The position numbers and the translations under genes were made by a program. The notes below the pieces were generated by a model. The model worked only from the letters and a program-made list of their open reading frames with translations. It was not told where the DNA came from and ran no database searches. This document shows, in pieces, positions 62,245-64,000 of a stretch of DNA of 64,000 nucleotides. The stretch covers positions 1,888,001 through 1,952,000 of the forward strand of contig CAVVPN010000003.1 of assembly GCA_963750165.1 (NCBI GenBank). The letters are read 5' to 3'. Within the stretch, counting starts at the first letter, position 1. Every line of letters begins with the position of its first letter. Source of the stretch: an uncultured Gemmataceae bacterium (GTDB lineage Bacteria; Planctomycetota; Planctomycetia; Gemmatales; Gemmataceae).

Positions 62245-62360
62245 GTCGTCGGAAGACTGGGCGAAGGGCAACCTGGCCGTGCCGGGGGGCTCGTTGAGAA
62301 GAAGGCCGACGTGGTTGAATACCTCATCAGGGTGTTCCACCACGTCGGCTTTTTTTATTT
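62245..62360 (+). ncRNA. Structured leader/attenuator, copy 3 (upstream of DUF1328)
   Basis: GTCGGAAGACT..GAAGGGCAACCTGGC-CGT-GCCGGGGGGCTCG..GCCGACGTGG..CCACGTCGGC-T7. Confidence 0.72.
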
Positions 62361-62465
62361 GACTTCAACCAAACTCTGGAAAGGGGTTGATCGGGAGGAA
62401 AGGCGATGCTGGCGCTCAGCCCGTCATTCCTCACAAGTCACCCCACTCTTTAAGGAGAACAGGCC

Positions 62466-62651
62466 ATGTTGCGTTCAACCATCGGACTGGCGGTCGCGTT
62501 CCTTGTCATCGCTCTGATCGCCGGATTCTTCGGCTTCATCGGAGTCGGAAGCCTTGCGTGGGAGGGGGCGAAGATCCTCTTCTTCATCTTCCTCGTCCTC
62601 GCGGTGCTGGCTTTCGTGGGAGGGTTCTTCTTCAGAGGGAGGAGTGTCTGA
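62466..62651 (+). CDS. DUF1328 small membrane protein
   Basis: FLVIALIAGFFGF.G....A..GAKILFFIFLVL. Confidence 0.9.
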   Translation: MLRSTIGLAVAFLVIALIAGFFGFIGVGSLAWEGAKILFFIFLVLAVLAFVGGFFFRGRSV

Positions 62652-62736
62652 CGGACGAGAGCCTGTCGTCAGAAGCTTCCCGAGCAACTGAAGGGAAAGC
62701 TGGCGTTCTGGTCGTCGGCGAGGAAGGAGGACGAGT

Positions 62737-62797
62737 CCCCGCACCACCCTTCTTCACGGAACCCGACTGTTTTCGATTGTGAAGAGCGGGGTTTTTT
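62737..62797 (+). terminator. Putative intrinsic terminator
   Basis: CCCCGC..TCTTCAC..GTGAAGAGCGGGG-T6. Confidence 0.5.
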
Positions 62798-62837
62798 CAA
62801 ACTGTCAGATCGCCCAAGGACACAAAGGAGTGATCTC

Positions 62838-63071
62838 ATGCACGCACATCCCCACAAACATGCCACACCGGCACAGCCTGGTCCGACTGGACCAACGCCT
62901 GCGACACAAACTGCCGTCGCCTCTTGCGACAAGGGCCACAAGGCCCCGTTGGTTTCCGATGAAACCATTCGGGTCTGTGCCTACCGGAAATGGGAGAACG
63001 CAGGAAAGCCGACCGGGGACGACGTCCAGTTCTGGCTCGCAGCGGAGCAAGAGCTGCGCCAGGGCAAGTAG
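62838..63071 (+). CDS. DUF2934 domain protein
   Basis: IRVCAYRKWENAGKPTGDDVQFWLAAEQEL. Confidence 0.88.
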   Translation: MHAHPHKHATPAQPGPTGPTPATQTAVASCDKGHKAPLVSDETIRVCAYRKWENAGKPTGDDVQFWLAAEQELRQGK

Positions 63072-63118
63072 GCAGCAGGTTTCGGGCAATCACAGGAACC
63101 CTGAAAAAGGAGTTTTCC

Positions 63119-63541
63119 ATGCGTCACACCGGAATCCTCGCCCTGGGACTCACGGCCGCCCTTCTGCTGCTCGGGTGTGAAACGACAACTTCGCCCACCG
63201 CGGACTCCAAGGCGAAGATCGCCACCGCGAAGGAGAAGATCAAGGACGCCGCGGACTCGACCGCCGAGGCCGCCAGGGCGAAGCGGGACGAATACGCCCG
63301 CGAGATGCACAAGCAGCTGGACGAGTTCGACGTGAAGTGCAAGCAGCTGGAGGCCCGCATCACCGAGGCGAAGGGCCAGGCCAGGAAGGACCTGGAGAAG
63401 AAGCTCGAAGAAGCGAAGGTAAAGCGCGACGTCGCGGCCAAGAAGCTCAGCGAGCTGAAAGAGGCAAGCGCCGACCGCTGGGAGAAGGTCAAGGAGGGGG
63501 TGGGAAACGCCCTCGATGATCTGAAGAAGGTGTTTGATTAG
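63119..63541 (+). CDS. Coiled-coil lipoprotein (stress-associated)
   Basis: LLGC lipobox; LSELKEASADRWEKVKEG; AAGGAG RBS. Confidence 0.8.
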   Translation: MRHTGILALGLTAALLLLGCETTTSPTADSKAKIATAKEKIKDAADSTAEAARAKRDEYAREMHKQLDEFDVKCKQLEARITEAKGQARKDLEKKLEEAKVKRDVAAKKLSELKEASADRWEKVKEGVGNALDDLKKVFD

Positions 63542-63691
63542 CCCAGCAATCAGAGGGCCTGGTTGATAGACGAGTCGAACAATCACGGCTTCCCAGCGTT
63601 GGGTGCCCAAGGCCGCTGCCGACGTTCGGCAGCGGCATGTTTCCCAACGAGTCGCAGAGTGCATGCACCTCGAGGAGAAAGGAGAGTTGTC

Positions 63692-64000
63692 ATGGGTGTT
63701 CTTCTGCAAGCCTTTTTCAGGCCGGGCGATAAAGGGGTCCCGTGCCCTGGGGACGGAGACCTGGGTGCTGACTGGTGGTGGGATCACCTCGCCATGCAGG
63801 CTCACGCGATTCGCAAGGCGGGGTTCACGGCCGTCTGGTTGCCCCCCGTATGGAAGGGAGCCTCCGGGATCCAGTCCATCGGTTACGACCCCTTTGATGA
63901 CTACGACATGGGCGCCAAGGATCAGCGCGGGACGCTGCCGACGCGCTACGGTAGCCGCGAGCAGTTGGCCAGGTGCGTCGCCATGCTGCGGGCCAATGAC
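63692..64000 (+). CDS. Alpha-amylase (GH13), partial
   Basis: Own translation: MGVLLQAF..AGFTAVWLPPVWKG..GYDPFDDYDMG..TRYGSREQL. Confidence 0.88.
   Translation, partial: MGVLLQAFFRPGDKGVPCPGDGDLGADWWWDHLAMQAHAIRKAGFTAVWLPPVWKGASGIQSIGYDPFDDYDMGAKDQRGTLPTRYGSREQLARCVAMLRAND

Noticed and set aside
58053..62343. Short similar ORFs at 58053-58438 and 62035-62343 (e.g. HVGLLLNEPPGTA) as a peptide family
   Set aside because: They are antisense translations of the conserved leader RNA copies.

Overview
GC-rich bacterial DNA with a Planctomycetota (Gemmataceae-like) gene repertoire: DUF4058, DUF1559, DUF1501 with PSD1/PSCyt, an LEDR-motif surface protein and WD40/HEAT proteins. Family names come from motif recognition only; no searches were run. 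Bases 1-41.4 kb look like core chromosome: recJ, two DnaJ paralogs, rnpA-yidD, a 6.4-kb surface-protein gene with 540-bp tandem repeats and cohesin/dockerin-like modules, two WD40 paralogs, an iron-box hemP/DUF1559 locus, an ABC exporter, six tandem LolA-like paralogs and xisHI. From about 41.6 kb the DNA looks accessory: an orphan topB, an intact IS630, a decayed IS481-like element, then a stress/lipid-remodelling island (Hsp20, CsbD, DUF1328, DUF2934, GlsB/YeaQ, STAS, cfa plus reductase, desaturases, amylase). The best novel candidate is a conserved ~110-nt structured leader with a terminator/antiterminator, present in three full copies and one partial copy upstream of unrelated island genes. 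It is linked to sigma54-type promoters and I cannot match it to a known riboswitch class. Several single-base frameshifts suggest an unpolished long-read assembly.
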